DNA of 64,000 nt, from IMG/VR virus record IMGVR_UViG_3300042402_002564, positions 124,001 through 188,000 of that record; one strand, given 5' to 3'. The position numbers were made by a program, and so were the translations under genes. How positions within the stretch are numbered: the first letter of the stretch is position 1; each line of letters starts with the position of its first letter. The notes under the pieces were generated by a model. It made no database searches, was not told the DNA's origin, and saw only the letters and a list, made by a program, of their open reading frames with translations. Shown here one piece after another: positions 28,701 through 37,887 of this stretch.

Positions 28701-30296
28701 TATCAAATTGGCGATGTTCTTACAGTTGAACAAATCGGTTCTGAGTCATTAGGAAGAAATTTACAGTTATCATTATCAAATATTTCTGGAACTAATGAAC
28801 TAATTTTAGATCAAGTTCAAGGTGAATTTAAAATTAATGGGGCAATGCCTATACAATATGTTGATAGTGTTGCTGGAATTACTACAATTTTAACTACTTC
28901 TGGTCCAAATGCAGTAATTACCGATTTAGAACTTTATTCCCTTGAGACAGATGGTTTACATATTAAAGTAAATCATAAAAATCATGGTATGCATTCTGAA
29001 ATTAATAAAGTTCAGATTAATCATGTTGATACTGATATAACACCTACCATATTGACTGCAGACTATACAAATTCTGACACTGGAAGTATCAGTATTGCAA
29101 GTACTACATCTTTCACAACGTTTGAAAATGTTTCGGTTGCTTCCACAAATCCAGGATATGTTTTAATAGATAATGAAATAATTTCATATACTGGAGTTGG
29201 TGATGGACAATTAATAGGTATTACTAGACAAATAGATCAAACTAGATCTTACAACTATCCTACTGGTTCAATAGTTAAAAAATATGAATTGAATGGAGTT
29301 TCATTAAGAAGAATAAACAAAACTCATGATTTACAAGATTCCCTAGTACAAAGACCAATAGGATTAGATTACTATTATATTAAACTTGACACATCATCAA
29401 ATGGAACTGATAGAAATAGTGGAAATGGATTTGAAAAACTATACATTAATGAATCCAAATCTTCTGGTGGCAATTCAGTAAAAGCATCACAAAATATACA
29501 ATATGAAATAGCAAGACCAATAGTTCAAACATTAGTTTTATCTGAAACTAACATTCGTTCATCAATTAAAACTGTAACTGGAACTAGTATTGATGGTGAT
29601 GAAGTATCATTTATTGAATCTGAAATACTTCCATTAAATATAACAGAAAATACATTCTTCGATACTCCAAGAATTGTTGCATCTAAGGTTAATGAAACTG
29701 ATAAATTGTCCAGTTTACCTGGAAATAAATCATTAAGCGTTACATTTAACCTATCTACTTTAAATAATACAGTATCTCCTGTTATTGATTTAGATAGAGT
29801 TGGATTAATTTTAACAACTAATAGAGTAAATAATGTTATTGACGATTACGTAAATGATAGTAGAACATCTTCAATATACGAAGATCCAACAGCTTTCATT
29901 TACACTAATAAGATGATTTCTTTAGAAAATTCTGCATCATCTATTAAAATTTTATTATCTGCTTATGTAAATGTTTTTAGTGAAGTTAGAGCATTTTACA
30001 CCATATCTAATAAATTAGAAACAAATCCAATTTATTATCCATTCCCAGGATATAATAACTTAGATGTAAATGGAAAAGTGATTGATATCTTTAATAGTGA
30101 TGGACTACCTAATAAGTTAGTACCAAAAACAGATATTCTTGGTTTTGGTAATAATGAAGTTACCTTTAGAGATTATGAGTTCTTTATTGATAATTTACCA
30201 GAATTTAGATACTTTGGCATTAAACTAATTGGAACATCTACAAATCAGGCACATCCACCAAGAATAAAAGATTTACGTGTAATTGCATTGGCTTAA
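22788..30296 (+). CDS. large virion structural protein, VrlC/DUF4815-like (2502 aa)
   Basis: NLNVSPYFDDF...VLFKPG.PVQARELT.LQS, APGADRL, RYRMQD...LE.RI.NLEYYT.LSLLE, DPLGQSF, GSLFKSQN..TW. Confidence 0.85.
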   Translation: MPKETNLNVSPYFDDFDPEKQYYQVLFKPGLPVQARELTSLQSVLQNQIEQLGNHLFKEGSVVIPGQINYNNSLFAVEVESEYLGIPFASYASELLGKVIRGENSNVSAKVVLIIGPEFSERGYHTIYINYLSSGTDERQAFANGETLLLEENLVLNNLNFQSGQGFAITAPTDCTSTGSALFLSEGIYFLRGSFVKVDEQVLILEPHANNPSYRVGFEILEEVITSSQDQSLNDNAKGFNNYAAPGADRLKITASLTKKPLDSEKNENFIEFLIVRNGTVSHINETPEYNVIVDELARRTYDQSGDFYVKPFSIVSRESLNDSKGNNGIFNSNQLTYGNLTPNSSLGVYKISPGKAFIKGYEVNVRGVTFLDFEKTRTTKTLENQKINFITGPTLTLNRVFGAPTIGFTTDNTISLRDQRIGVAHSIFAGKEIGVARVYDYALESGSYSSFDQNLNEWDIALYDIQTYTEITLNEPLTLTAPTFIEGKSSGATAYLRYNTTSGIITAYNGQGKFIYGEKLIFNGIEGNRVSTAITAYSIDDVKSLYSLVGSGITFNADVKPQLKLSYGQVRISPKSGAAPGICTVTSNDLVFLNAVKPGDLVSFTNPAINNAQLKTFAKIVSVTDDFNIIISGITTVSNICDGGLPTSQITPVDFSILKSKFQSSSDNTLYTPLPKKWISNVNLTNSNLTIRKEFDVTITANTTNTIQADEDEFFLPFDEERYVLVNSSGYIEPLTPDKFRYTNGNREIRIFGVNSVGSARLIATLEKINIKNKVKNISRVNSIIVNKSNLAQSGIGSTTLNDGLSYGNYGYGLRVQDKELCLLVPDVTKVYGIFESSDTTDPKLPRISLFNLNGPTGRVDDLIIGEEFIGRESGAVGIFVNKVDSLNLEFIYLNELRLKLNETIEFKETSIRGVVNGFVEGDSNITNRYLLDSGQKETICDYSKLIRITNNKEPKRKLRIIFEASQYSSSDSGDLTTASSYDQINYCDLPLINDSTRLTDILDIRPRVLPFNPESSVSPFEFFGRTFSEENNSSKNIIASDESITLTYSFYLPRIDKIYLNKNRRFQLINGIPSENPLPPIPIDDSLEVATINLPPYICNANSLDISLKQHKRYRMQDVAQLEDRIKNLEYYTALSLLETNTENLFVPDENGLSRFKSGIFVDNFSTRNSQVKVGPVKNSIDPANLELRPSPFTTEIDLQIGSKSLIGIGTTASPIADTKFVNDLVGNNVRRTGQLITLDYDEVVEIKQPFATRVENVVPYLVISYKGTIELFPSSDIWIDQVRLEPQRLELDLYTESREELIHSGFDPQTGLTPVTWDAWEATWTGSTTSVQNSAVFAGSTSNQIGRTITTTNTFRNIQTTTVTRTGTETRSGSQLRLAEQVDVVNEGDRVVSTSVIPFMRSRNVEFTGKSFRPFTRLYTFFDGVDVNRFVLPKLIEIEMITGKFNVGEIITGRMSTGTETEINDSTPFITFRVAKSNHKYGPISNPTDTFTVSPYNQSYTIPEEYSSSSILLNVDTASLSDITQGLYRGFIQTGMRLRGEEGEAVITNVRLFTDHVGTLIGSFFIPNPNIISNPSFETGIKLFKLTSSSTNSSVGGLVSTDGEEQYFAQGTINNQQETIRTTRKPRFDEETVSESRAAVDVQSTTAVSTFTTVSTITLPPPPPPDPPWGGDPLGQSFFITNNTGVFVTAVDVFFNTKDETLPVTVQLRPVVNGVPSTEVYPFGEVVVESKDVVTSSDGSLPTKVLFPSPIYLNPNSENAIVLLAQSYEYTVWISRMGEIDIGTLSQPESRQVLVSAQPMLGSLFKSQNGSTWTPSQYEDLKFNLYSARFKGSNGSITFYNPELSEGNAQIATLLKDSLEFNAKKIIVTLNDTVDLSGVDLGNTIIQMNNNAFANYVGAGGSASGNLNIVNPGIGYTPSNGSSFTFTNIPLVSSTGNGKNATANITIGTVNGLNGVAIAATISNGGSGYQIGDVLTVEQIGSESLGRNLQLSLSNISGTNELILDQVQGEFKINGAMPIQYVDSVAGITTILTTSGPNAVITDLELYSLETDGLHIKVNHKNHGMHSEINKVQINHVDTDITPTILTADYTNSDTGSISIASTTSFTTFENVSVASTNPGYVLIDNEIISYTGVGDGQLIGITRQIDQTRSYNYPTGSIVKKYELNGVSLRRINKTHDLQDSLVQRPIGLDYYYIKLDTSSNGTDRNSGNGFEKLYINESKSSGGNSVKASQNIQYEIARPIVQTLVLSETNIRSSIKTVTGTSIDGDEVSFIESEILPLNITENTFFDTPRIVASKVNETDKLSSLPGNKSLSVTFNLSTLNNTVSPVIDLDRVGLILTTNRVNNVIDDYVNDSRTSSIYEDPTAFIYTNKMISLENSASSIKILLSAYVNVFSEVRAFYTISNKLETNPIYYPFPGYNNLDVNGKVIDIFNSDGLPNKLVPKTDILGFGNNEVTFRDYEFFIDNLPEFRYFGIKLIGTSTNQAHPPRIKDLRVIALA

Positions 30297-30297
30297 A

Positions 30298-30528
30298 ATG
30301 GATAAAAAATATTTAAAAGTTGAAGGTCATAGTCATTTAGTTCGTGATGTACAATCAAATGCAATAATTAATATGAATAAAGATGGTTATCAATCTTACA
30401 AATCATTAAAAACTGCAAAAGAACGTGAAAAAGGTAGGATTGATAACATCGAAAATGATTTAAATAGTTTAAAGTCAGATTTGGATGAAATTAAAACATT
30501 ATTGAGGCAAATTGCAAATGGATCCTGA
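30298..30528 (+). CDS. hypothetical coiled-coil protein
   Basis: KVEGH..LVRD..SNAIIN and a C-terminal heptad repeat; start at MDKK. Confidence 0.8.
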   Translation: MDKKYLKVEGHSHLVRDVQSNAIINMNKDGYQSYKSLKTAKEREKGRIDNIENDLNSLKSDLDEIKTLLRQIANGS

Positions 30529-30691
30529 CAAAATTTCTTTAACAGATTTTAACAAATCATTTGAATATGAGAAAATATCTAGAGATATAGATAATATAGA
30601 GAGCCTTGAGCAATTAAAGACTATTGCCAAATCTTATGTTAAATTATACTTCCAGCAACAAGAAGTATTATTACAGTTAGGTAAAATTTAA
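30518..30691 (+). CDS. small helical hypothetical protein (57 aa)
   Basis: Hand-read ORF MDPDKISLTDFNKSFEYEK...KLYFQQQEVL; TAATG-coupled to gp13. Confidence 0.7.
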   Translation: MDPDKISLTDFNKSFEYEKISRDIDNIESLEQLKTIAKSYVKLYFQQQEVLLQLGKI

Positions 30692-31530
30692 TGGCACAAC
30701 CAGCATCAAGACAAGAATTAATTGATTATTGCAAGAGAAAACTGGGTTATCCAGTGTTGGAAATAAATGTTGCAGATGAACAAATTGATGACTTAGTTGA
30801 TGATGCTATTCAGTTCTTTCAAGAGAGACACTTTGATGGTGTCTCTCAAATGTATTTGAAATACCAAATAACACAAGAAGATATTGATAGAGGTAGAGCA
30901 AAAGTATCGGGAGTTGGAATTGCAACAACTTCTGCAACTGCAAATATTGCTGGAACCCCAACAACATTTAACTACTTCGAAACTAGTAATTACTTACAAA
31001 TTCCTCCTTCTGTTATTGGAATTAATAAAATTTTCCACTTTGAAGGTTCTAACAGCATTTCAAGTGGAATGTTTAGTATTAAATATCAATTATTTTTAAA
31101 TGATATTTATTATTGGGGTTCAACAGAACTTTTAACTTATTCTATGGTTAAACGATATCTTGAAGATATTGACTTTTTATTAACAACACAAAAACAAATA
31201 AGATTTAATCAAAGAATGAATCGTTTATATCTAGACGTTGATTGGTCTAGTTTAAGAGTAGGTGAATATCTAATAATAGATTGTTATAGAGCTTTAGATC
31301 CTAATGATTATACAAGAGTATGGAATGATTCTTTCTTAAAACCATACTTAACTGCCCTTATTAAAAAGCAATGGGGTCAAAATTTAATTAAATTCCAAGG
31401 TGTAAAGTTACCTGGAGGAATTGAGTTAAATGGTCGTCAAATGTATGACGATGCTCAAAGAGAAATTGATGAAATTATGAACAAAATGTCATCTACATAT
31501 GAATTACCACCATTAGACATGATAGGTTAA
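30691..31530 (+). CDS. gp13: neck protein gp13
   Basis: L.DYC.RKLG.PVLEINVADEQ, QWGQNL.KF.GVKLPGG..LNG. Confidence 0.95.
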   Translation: MAQPASRQELIDYCKRKLGYPVLEINVADEQIDDLVDDAIQFFQERHFDGVSQMYLKYQITQEDIDRGRAKVSGVGIATTSATANIAGTPTTFNYFETSNYLQIPPSVIGINKIFHFEGSNSISSGMFSIKYQLFLNDIYYWGSTELLTYSMVKRYLEDIDFLLTTQKQIRFNQRMNRLYLDVDWSSLRVGEYLIIDCYRALDPNDYTRVWNDSFLKPYLTALIKKQWGQNLIKFQGVKLPGGIELNGRQMYDDAQREIDEIMNKMSSTYELPPLDMIG

Positions 31531-31535
31531 TCAAA

Positions 31536-32918
31536 ATGGCATTAAATCCATTCTTTCTTCATGGTTCTATAGGTGAAAAAAATCTTATTCAAGATTTAGT
31601 AAATGAACAATTAAGGATGTATGGTGTAGAAATTTATTATATACCAAGAAGTTATGTCAATGAAAGAACTATTATAGAAGAAGTTTCAAAATCTGAATTT
31701 AAATATGCAGTACCATTAGAAGCATATGTAGAAACATATGACGGATATAGTGGTGCAGGTACGTTATTATCAAAATTTGGTGTTCAAGAATTAGATGATC
31801 TTACATTAACTATTTCAAAAGAAAGATATGAACTTTCAGTAAAACCTTTGATTCATGACAAAGAAAATATAAAATTAGCAGATAGACCCAAAGAGGGTGA
31901 TTTGATTTATTTCCCTCTTGGTGACAGATTATTTGAAATTAAATATGTAGAACACGAAAAACCATTTTATCAGCTTCAAGGAAGTTATACTTATGAATTA
32001 CGTTGTGAATTATTCGCATATAATCACGAATTAGTAGAAACTAACATAGATTTTATAGATGATAATGTTGAATCTGAAGGATTTATTCAATTTTATCAAA
32101 TGGTTGGATTTGGTTCTACGGCTTCTGCTATAACTTCTGTGGTTAATGGTGGTGTTACAAGAGTTAATTTATTAAATAGAGGTACTGGATATACAAGCGT
32201 TCCTGTAGTTGGATTTTCATCAGCACCAATAAATGGTTTAACTGCAGTTGGAATAGCATCTATGATTTCTGGAATTATTGATTTTTGTGAACCAAATCCA
32301 GATTTATCTAGAGTGCAAGCAGTTAATATAATTAATCCAGGATATGGATATACTGTAGCACCTCAAGTTACCTTTATTGGAGGTGGTGGATCGGGTGCTA
32401 AAGCAACTTCTGTGATTGGAAATGGAATAGTTGGTGTAATTACAGTAACTAATGGTGGTTCTGGATATGTTTTACCACCAACTGTTACTTTTACAGGAAT
32501 TTCAACTATACAAGCATCAGCAACCGCAGTTATAAATGCCAGTGGTACTGTAACACAAATCTTAATTAATAATGCTGGCCTTGGATATCAATCAACACCT
32601 ACTATTACAATTTCGTCCCCAGAAAGTATAGTAGGATACGGAACATATATATTTAATGAGGTTGTAGTAGGTAGCTCTAGTAGTGTTACCGCTAGAGTAA
32701 AATCTTGGAATGCTATAACAAAAGTATTACAGTTATCTAAAATTAATGGGTCATTTAATTCTGGTGAAAATCTAGTAGGACAAGAATCTGGTGCTATTTA
32801 CAGAATTAAATCACTAAATACTGATAATAATGATGGATTTGCTCAAAATCAAGTTATTCAAGAAGAAGCAAACCAAATAATAGATTTTAGTGAATCAAAT
32901 CCATTTGGAACACCATAG
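31536..32918 (+). CDS. gp14: neck protein gp14 with an internal repeat insertion
   Basis: LNPFF, EGDLIYFP....FEIKYVE...PFYQL, DFSESNPFG. Confidence 0.93.
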   Translation: MALNPFFLHGSIGEKNLIQDLVNEQLRMYGVEIYYIPRSYVNERTIIEEVSKSEFKYAVPLEAYVETYDGYSGAGTLLSKFGVQELDDLTLTISKERYELSVKPLIHDKENIKLADRPKEGDLIYFPLGDRLFEIKYVEHEKPFYQLQGSYTYELRCELFAYNHELVETNIDFIDDNVESEGFIQFYQMVGFGSTASAITSVVNGGVTRVNLLNRGTGYTSVPVVGFSSAPINGLTAVGIASMISGIIDFCEPNPDLSRVQAVNIINPGYGYTVAPQVTFIGGGGSGAKATSVIGNGIVGVITVTNGGSGYVLPPTVTFTGISTIQASATAVINASGTVTQILINNAGLGYQSTPTITISSPESIVGYGTYIFNEVVVGSSSSVTARVKSWNAITKVLQLSKINGSFNSGENLVGQESGAIYRIKSLNTDNNDGFAQNQVIQEEANQIIDFSESNPFGTP

Positions 32919-32938
32919 TAGAGTTTTAAATTTCCAAT

Positions 32939-33946
32939 ATGTTTGATCACTTTTACCACGAAATTCTTAGAAAAACCATTGTAGCCTTTGGTACACTATT
33001 TAATGGAATAACCATTGAAAGAAAAAATTCTGATAATAGTGTTGACTCTATAATTCAAGTTCCATTAGCTTATGGACCAACTCAAAAGTTTTTGGCTCGT
33101 TTAGAACAAGAACCTGATTTAAATAAACCAGTTCAAATAACATTACCAAGAATGTCTTTTGAAATGGTTGGTTTAAGATATGATACTGCAAGGAAATTAG
33201 CACCAACACAATCATTTATTGCAACAATAAAAACTGATAATACCGATTTAAGGAAGGCATATATGCCAGTTCCTTATAATATGGATTTTGAATTATCAAT
33301 AATGACATTGTTGAATGATGATATGTTGCAAATTGTAGAGCAAATATTACCATATTTCCAACCATCTTATAACTTAAGTATTGATTTAGTATCAAGTATT
33401 GGTGAAAAAAGAGATATCCCAATAACTTTAGATAATATTTCTATGCAAGATAATTATGAAGGTGATTATTCGACAAGAAGATCTTTAATTTATACATTAA
33501 AGTTTACAGCAAAAACTTATCTTTTTGGACCTATTTCTGGATCCGATTCTGCAAAAGATATTATCAAAAAAGTTTCTCTGGGTCTTTCTTCTGGAGAATA
33601 TGGAGATACTCCAAGAAGAAATGTTGTATATACAGTTGAACCAAAAGCAACTAAAAATTATACTGGGGATGTGGCAACAAATATTGTTGAAGATATTGCA
33701 GCATCTGATACTATTATTTTGGTTGATGATAGTTCCACAATTCCAACCAATTCTTATATAACAATAAATAATGAAACATTATTTGTAAAATCCAATTCAA
33801 ATAATACTTTAGTTGTTATTAGAGGATCTTATAATACAGTTTCCTCTGAACATGTTTCTGGAAGTCCTGTTAAGTTAATAACAGATGCAGATAATTTACT
33901 AGTAAATAAAAATGATAATTTTGGATTTGATGGTTCTATTGATTAA
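32939..33946 (+). CDS. gp15: tail sheath stabiliser/terminator gp15
   Basis: FYHEI.RK...AFGTLFN, VPLAYGP..KFLARL, LPRMSFE, QIVEQILPYFQP. Confidence 0.95.
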   Translation: MFDHFYHEILRKTIVAFGTLFNGITIERKNSDNSVDSIIQVPLAYGPTQKFLARLEQEPDLNKPVQITLPRMSFEMVGLRYDTARKLAPTQSFIATIKTDNTDLRKAYMPVPYNMDFELSIMTLLNDDMLQIVEQILPYFQPSYNLSIDLVSSIGEKRDIPITLDNISMQDNYEGDYSTRRSLIYTLKFTAKTYLFGPISGSDSAKDIIKKVSLGLSSGEYGDTPRRNVVYTVEPKATKNYTGDVATNIVEDIAASDTIILVDDSSTIPTNSYITINNETLFVKSNSNNTLVVIRGSYNTVSSEHVSGSPVKLITDADNLLVNKNDNFGFDGSID

Positions 33947-33954
33947 ATTTAAAA

Positions 33955-34392
33955 ATGGCAGAAAAATTTACCGATTTAGAGAGTGCTTTTGATGTAGAGA
34001 CTGAAATTATTCAGACAGAAAATACATTAAAAGAAATAAAAAACATTGCAAAAGAAGTTGCAGAATTAAATAATGATGTTAGAAAAGATTATGAATATAC
34101 CAGAGGTAATCTATATTCCATTATAGAAAAGGGTCAAGAAGCATTAAATAGTGCATTAGAATTAGCACAAGATGGTGGACAACCCAGAGCTTATGAGGTT
34201 GTTGGGCAATTAATAAAAAATGTCTCAGATGCTACTGATAAATTATTAGATTTGCAGAAAAAATTAAAAGATATTGAAGATAATGGTCAGGTAAAATCCC
34301 AAACCAATGTTACTAACAATGCTCTTTTTATTGGTTCTACTGCAGAATTATCTAAATTCTTAAAATCTAACAAAAAAAGTGAAAATACTTAA
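33955..34392 (+). CDS. gp16: terminase small subunit gp16
   Basis: DYEYTR..L, PRAYEV, NNALFIGSTAEL. Confidence 0.93.
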   Translation: MAEKFTDLESAFDVETEIIQTENTLKEIKNIAKEVAELNNDVRKDYEYTRGNLYSIIEKGQEALNSALELAQDGGQPRAYEVVGQLIKNVSDATDKLLDLQKKLKDIEDNGQVKSQTNVTNNALFIGSTAELSKFLKSNKKSENT

Positions 34393-34397
34393 TATTT

Positions 34398-34405
34398 TAT
34401 AAATA
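34398..34405 (+). promoter_or_regulatory. late promoter
   Basis: Exact T4 late consensus TATAAATA, intergenic. Confidence 0.8.
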
Positions 34406-34426
34406 ATAAAAAACTCTTTTGTAAAA

Positions 34427-36172
34427 ATGAAAAGAATATCCGAAGATCATAAAGAAATTGCAAGTGGTAAAAGAAAAGATGATGAAGGATATATGGCTCG
34501 CAATGAAATGGATGCTATCGAAAGATCTGTTAATAAGTTAAGAAAAGTAATAAAAAAGAGTGACACTCAACTTCCTGCTTGGGTTCAATCTAAAATCACT
34601 AAAGCAGCAGATTATATTGATACTGCAGCAGAATATCTTCAAAGTGATGAAGAATTAGATGAAAATTCCATTAGTTTTACCGTAGATCCCAAAAAACTTA
34701 GATCAGATGCAAGATCTGCAAAAATAAGAACTCTTGCTCAAAAAGGTTCTACTGAAGGTGAAAGACAAGCAGCAGAAAGAAAAACAAAGGGTCCAAAATT
34801 ATTTGGTGAAGATATTTCTTTGGTTGAAAAAATTCTAGGTGAAGAAAAATGTGGTAAGGGAATGTATTGGTGCAATACTGATAAAGTATGCAAACCCATA
34901 CCAAAAGGATTTAATGTTGATGGGCAAAAGAAAAAACCAACAGAAGTTGGAATCGGCAAACCTGTTGGAGAAGAGAAATCTTGTAACCACACCAAAAAAG
35001 GAACTTATTGCCCCATTCATGGTAAAAATGATTGTTCTTTAAAAGAAGAAAAAGATCCTAGAGGTCCAGTAAAATCATATAAATCACCTCAAGAAATTGC
35101 TAAAAAACATGGTGTATCTTTAGAGGCAATTAAAAAACAATTAGAAATGGGTCTTGAAGTGGAAAAAGAACATACTTCAAGTAAAACTGCGGCAAGAATC
35201 ACTGCATTGCAACATTTGGATGAACTTCCAGATTATTATACAAAGTTAAAAAAGGTGGAAAAAAAATCCATCAAAAATGAAAGTGTAACCGTTGAAGATA
35301 TGTTTGGTAATACATTTGTTGAATTTATAGATTTGATTACACCGCAAGATGTTATTGATGAGAAAAAAATTCCTGTTACTCGTCAGGCAGGAGACTTTAG
35401 ATATTCTGGAAAGACTGGGGAAGAAAAAGCAACAAATAAAGCAAAACGATTAAGTCAATCACAAAACCCTGCTGATCGTAAAAGAGCAAATAAAATCAGT
35501 AAAACTATAAAAACAGTTGCTGATCGTGATACTGCACAAGCAAGTTCTGATGCAAGGCAGGAACTTTATAGAAGACAACAAAGAAGAGCAAATGATCTTG
35601 CTAAACAGTTAAATCAACAAAAAAACAAGGTAGATGAAGCAGTAAGACTACCATCCCAAAATGGTCAATTAATGATGATTATTTTTACCTGGAGAGGCAA
35701 ATCATATTCATTAAAAATGTTCTTTCCACAAGTAAAAATGCCATCTAGAAAGGAAGTGGAATTCGAACTCCAAAAAGTATATCCTGGAGCAAGAGTTTTA
35801 CAATCTCATGTAACAGATTTACGTCAAGATGGAGCACCAGTTTTACAAATACAAAATTCTAAATCAAAAAATTATTTACTAAATAATGGAACTATTGGTG
35901 AAGAGTTAGAAGAAGATTGGCAAAAAGTCAATCGTCAAGATAAGACTGATGGATTAAGTAAAAAAGCAGTAAAAGCATATCGCAAAGAAAATCCAGGTTC
36001 TAAACTACAAACTGCTGTAACTGAAAAAAATCCAGAAGGAAAAAGAGCAGAACGCCGTAAATCCTTTTGTAGTCGAATGAAAGGGATGAAGTCAAAATTA
36101 ACTTCTTCAGATACCGCAAAAGATCCAGATAGCAATATTAATAAAGCACTAAGACGTTGGAACTGTAATTAA
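34427..36172 (+). CDS. modular basic protein, probable prohead-packaged internal (poly)protein
   Basis: Late promoter; short modules (LPAWVQSKIT, two Cys/His clusters, MG..VE.EHT...HL.E.PDYYTKL, RRKSFC.RM...RRWNC) separated by [ILV]xE sites. Confidence 0.7.
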   Translation: MKRISEDHKEIASGKRKDDEGYMARNEMDAIERSVNKLRKVIKKSDTQLPAWVQSKITKAADYIDTAAEYLQSDEELDENSISFTVDPKKLRSDARSAKIRTLAQKGSTEGERQAAERKTKGPKLFGEDISLVEKILGEEKCGKGMYWCNTDKVCKPIPKGFNVDGQKKKPTEVGIGKPVGEEKSCNHTKKGTYCPIHGKNDCSLKEEKDPRGPVKSYKSPQEIAKKHGVSLEAIKKQLEMGLEVEKEHTSSKTAARITALQHLDELPDYYTKLKKVEKKSIKNESVTVEDMFGNTFVEFIDLITPQDVIDEKKIPVTRQAGDFRYSGKTGEEKATNKAKRLSQSQNPADRKRANKISKTIKTVADRDTAQASSDARQELYRRQQRRANDLAKQLNQQKNKVDEAVRLPSQNGQLMMIIFTWRGKSYSLKMFFPQVKMPSRKEVEFELQKVYPGARVLQSHVTDLRQDGAPVLQIQNSKSKNYLLNNGTIGEELEEDWQKVNRQDKTDGLSKKAVKAYRKENPGSKLQTAVTEKNPEGKRAERRKSFCSRMKGMKSKLTSSDTAKDPDSNINKALRRWNCN

Positions 36173-36186
36173 AAACTGGTTTTATT

Positions 36187-37833
36187 ATGGCCGAACATTA
36201 TCTTGGCAATCCTCTTCTAAAGAAAGCAAATACTGCTATTCAATTTACAGAAGAACAAATAATAGAATTTGCTCGTTGTCAAGACGATCCTATTTACTTT
36301 GCGAAAAATTATATACAAATTGTCACCTTGGACTATGGTTTGCAACCATTTAAACCATATCCATTTCAGGAGACTATGATTGAAAGATTTCATAATTACA
36401 GATTTAATGTATGTAAACTACCAAGGCAGTCTGGAAAATCTACAATTGTAGTATCGTATCTTTTACACTATGCAATTTTTAATGACAATGTAAACATAGC
36501 AATTCTTGCTAACAAGGCATCTACTGCTAAAGACCTTTTAGACCGCCTACAAACTGCATACGAGAACCTTCCCAAGTGGTTACAGCAAGGTGTAATGACT
36601 TGGAACAAAGCATCACTGGAGTTAGAAAATGGTTCAAAAATTATTGCTGCTTCTACTTCTGCCTCTGCGGTACGCGGTGGCTCTTATAATATTATATTCC
36701 TGGACGAATTTGCGTTTATTCCTAACCACATTGCTGATCAGTTTTTCAGTTCTGTTTATCCTACTATTTCATCTGGTAAAAATACAAAAGTAATTATCGT
36801 TTCTACCCCTCACGGGATGAACCATTTTTATAAAATTTGGCATGATGCTGAACGTAAAAAAAATGAATATATTCCAACAGAAGTACACTGGAGTGAAGTT
36901 CCAGGTAGAGATGAAAAATGGAAAGAGCAAACTATTGCAAATACTAGTGAACAGCAGTTTAAAGTTGAGTTTGAATGTGAATTTTTAGGATCTGTTGATA
37001 CATTAATTTCTCCAAATAAGCTTAGAAATTTAGTTTACGAATCTCCAAGACTAAGAAGTGGTGGTTTAGATGTTTTTGAAGATTGTAAAGATGAACATAA
37101 TTATGTAATGTCTGTTGACGTTGCTAGAGGTGTCGGTAATGATTATTCTGCATTTGTTGTAATAGACATCACACAATTTCCACATAAGGTAGTTGCAAAG
37201 TATAGAGATAACCAAATAAAACCAATGCTATTTCCAAGTATAGTACACGAAGTAGCAAAGAGTTATAATGATGCCTATGTATTGTGTGAAGTTAATGATG
37301 TTGGTGATCAGGTAGCATCAATTCTTCACTATGATTTGGAGTATCAAAATGTTTTAATGTGCTCTATGCGTGGTAGAGCTGGACAAATTGTTGGACAAGG
37401 ATTTTCTGGCAAGAAGACTCAACTTGGAGTTAAAATGTCTAAAACTGTTAAAAAGGTTGGATGTCTTAACTTAAAAACAATGATAGAAGAGGATAAACTA
37501 TATTTTAATGATTATGATATTATTAGTGAATTAACAACATTTATTCAAAAGTCAAATTCTTTTGAAGCAGAAGATGGATGTAATGATGATTTGGCTATGT
37601 GTTTAGTAATATACGCTTGGTTAGTTGTACAAGATTATTTTAAAGAATTGACAGACCAAGATGTAAGAAAGAAATTATACGAAGAACAAAAAAATCAAAT
37701 AGAACAAGATATGGCACCATTTGGATTTATTGTAGATGGTATTAATAATCAATCATCTTTTGTCGATAATACTGGAGATAGATGGTATACGGACGAATAT
37801 GGTGATATGTCTTACATGTGGGACTATATGTAA
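36187..37833 (+). CDS. gp17: terminase large subunit gp17
   Basis: YLGNP.LK, PRQSGKST Walker A, IIFLDEFAF Walker B, VDVARG..DYS, DDLAM. Confidence 0.97.
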   Translation: MAEHYLGNPLLKKANTAIQFTEEQIIEFARCQDDPIYFAKNYIQIVTLDYGLQPFKPYPFQETMIERFHNYRFNVCKLPRQSGKSTIVVSYLLHYAIFNDNVNIAILANKASTAKDLLDRLQTAYENLPKWLQQGVMTWNKASLELENGSKIIAASTSASAVRGGSYNIIFLDEFAFIPNHIADQFFSSVYPTISSGKNTKVIIVSTPHGMNHFYKIWHDAERKKNEYIPTEVHWSEVPGRDEKWKEQTIANTSEQQFKVEFECEFLGSVDTLISPNKLRNLVYESPRLRSGGLDVFEDCKDEHNYVMSVDVARGVGNDYSAFVVIDITQFPHKVVAKYRDNQIKPMLFPSIVHEVAKSYNDAYVLCEVNDVGDQVASILHYDLEYQNVLMCSMRGRAGQIVGQGFSGKKTQLGVKMSKTVKKVGCLNLKTMIEEDKLYFNDYDIISELTTFIQKSNSFEAEDGCNDDLAMCLVIYAWLVVQDYFKELTDQDVRKKLYEEQKNQIEQDMAPFGFIVDGINNQSSFVDNTGDRWYTDEYGDMSYMWDYM

Positions 37834-37845
37834 AGTAACAATTTA

Positions 37846-37852
37846 ATAAATA
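37846..37852 (+). promoter_or_regulatory. late promoter
   Basis: ATAAATA upstream of gp18. Confidence 0.7.
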
Positions 37853-37887
37853 TTTTGTAGAGCAAAACTGAGATTACGGAGAAAAAC

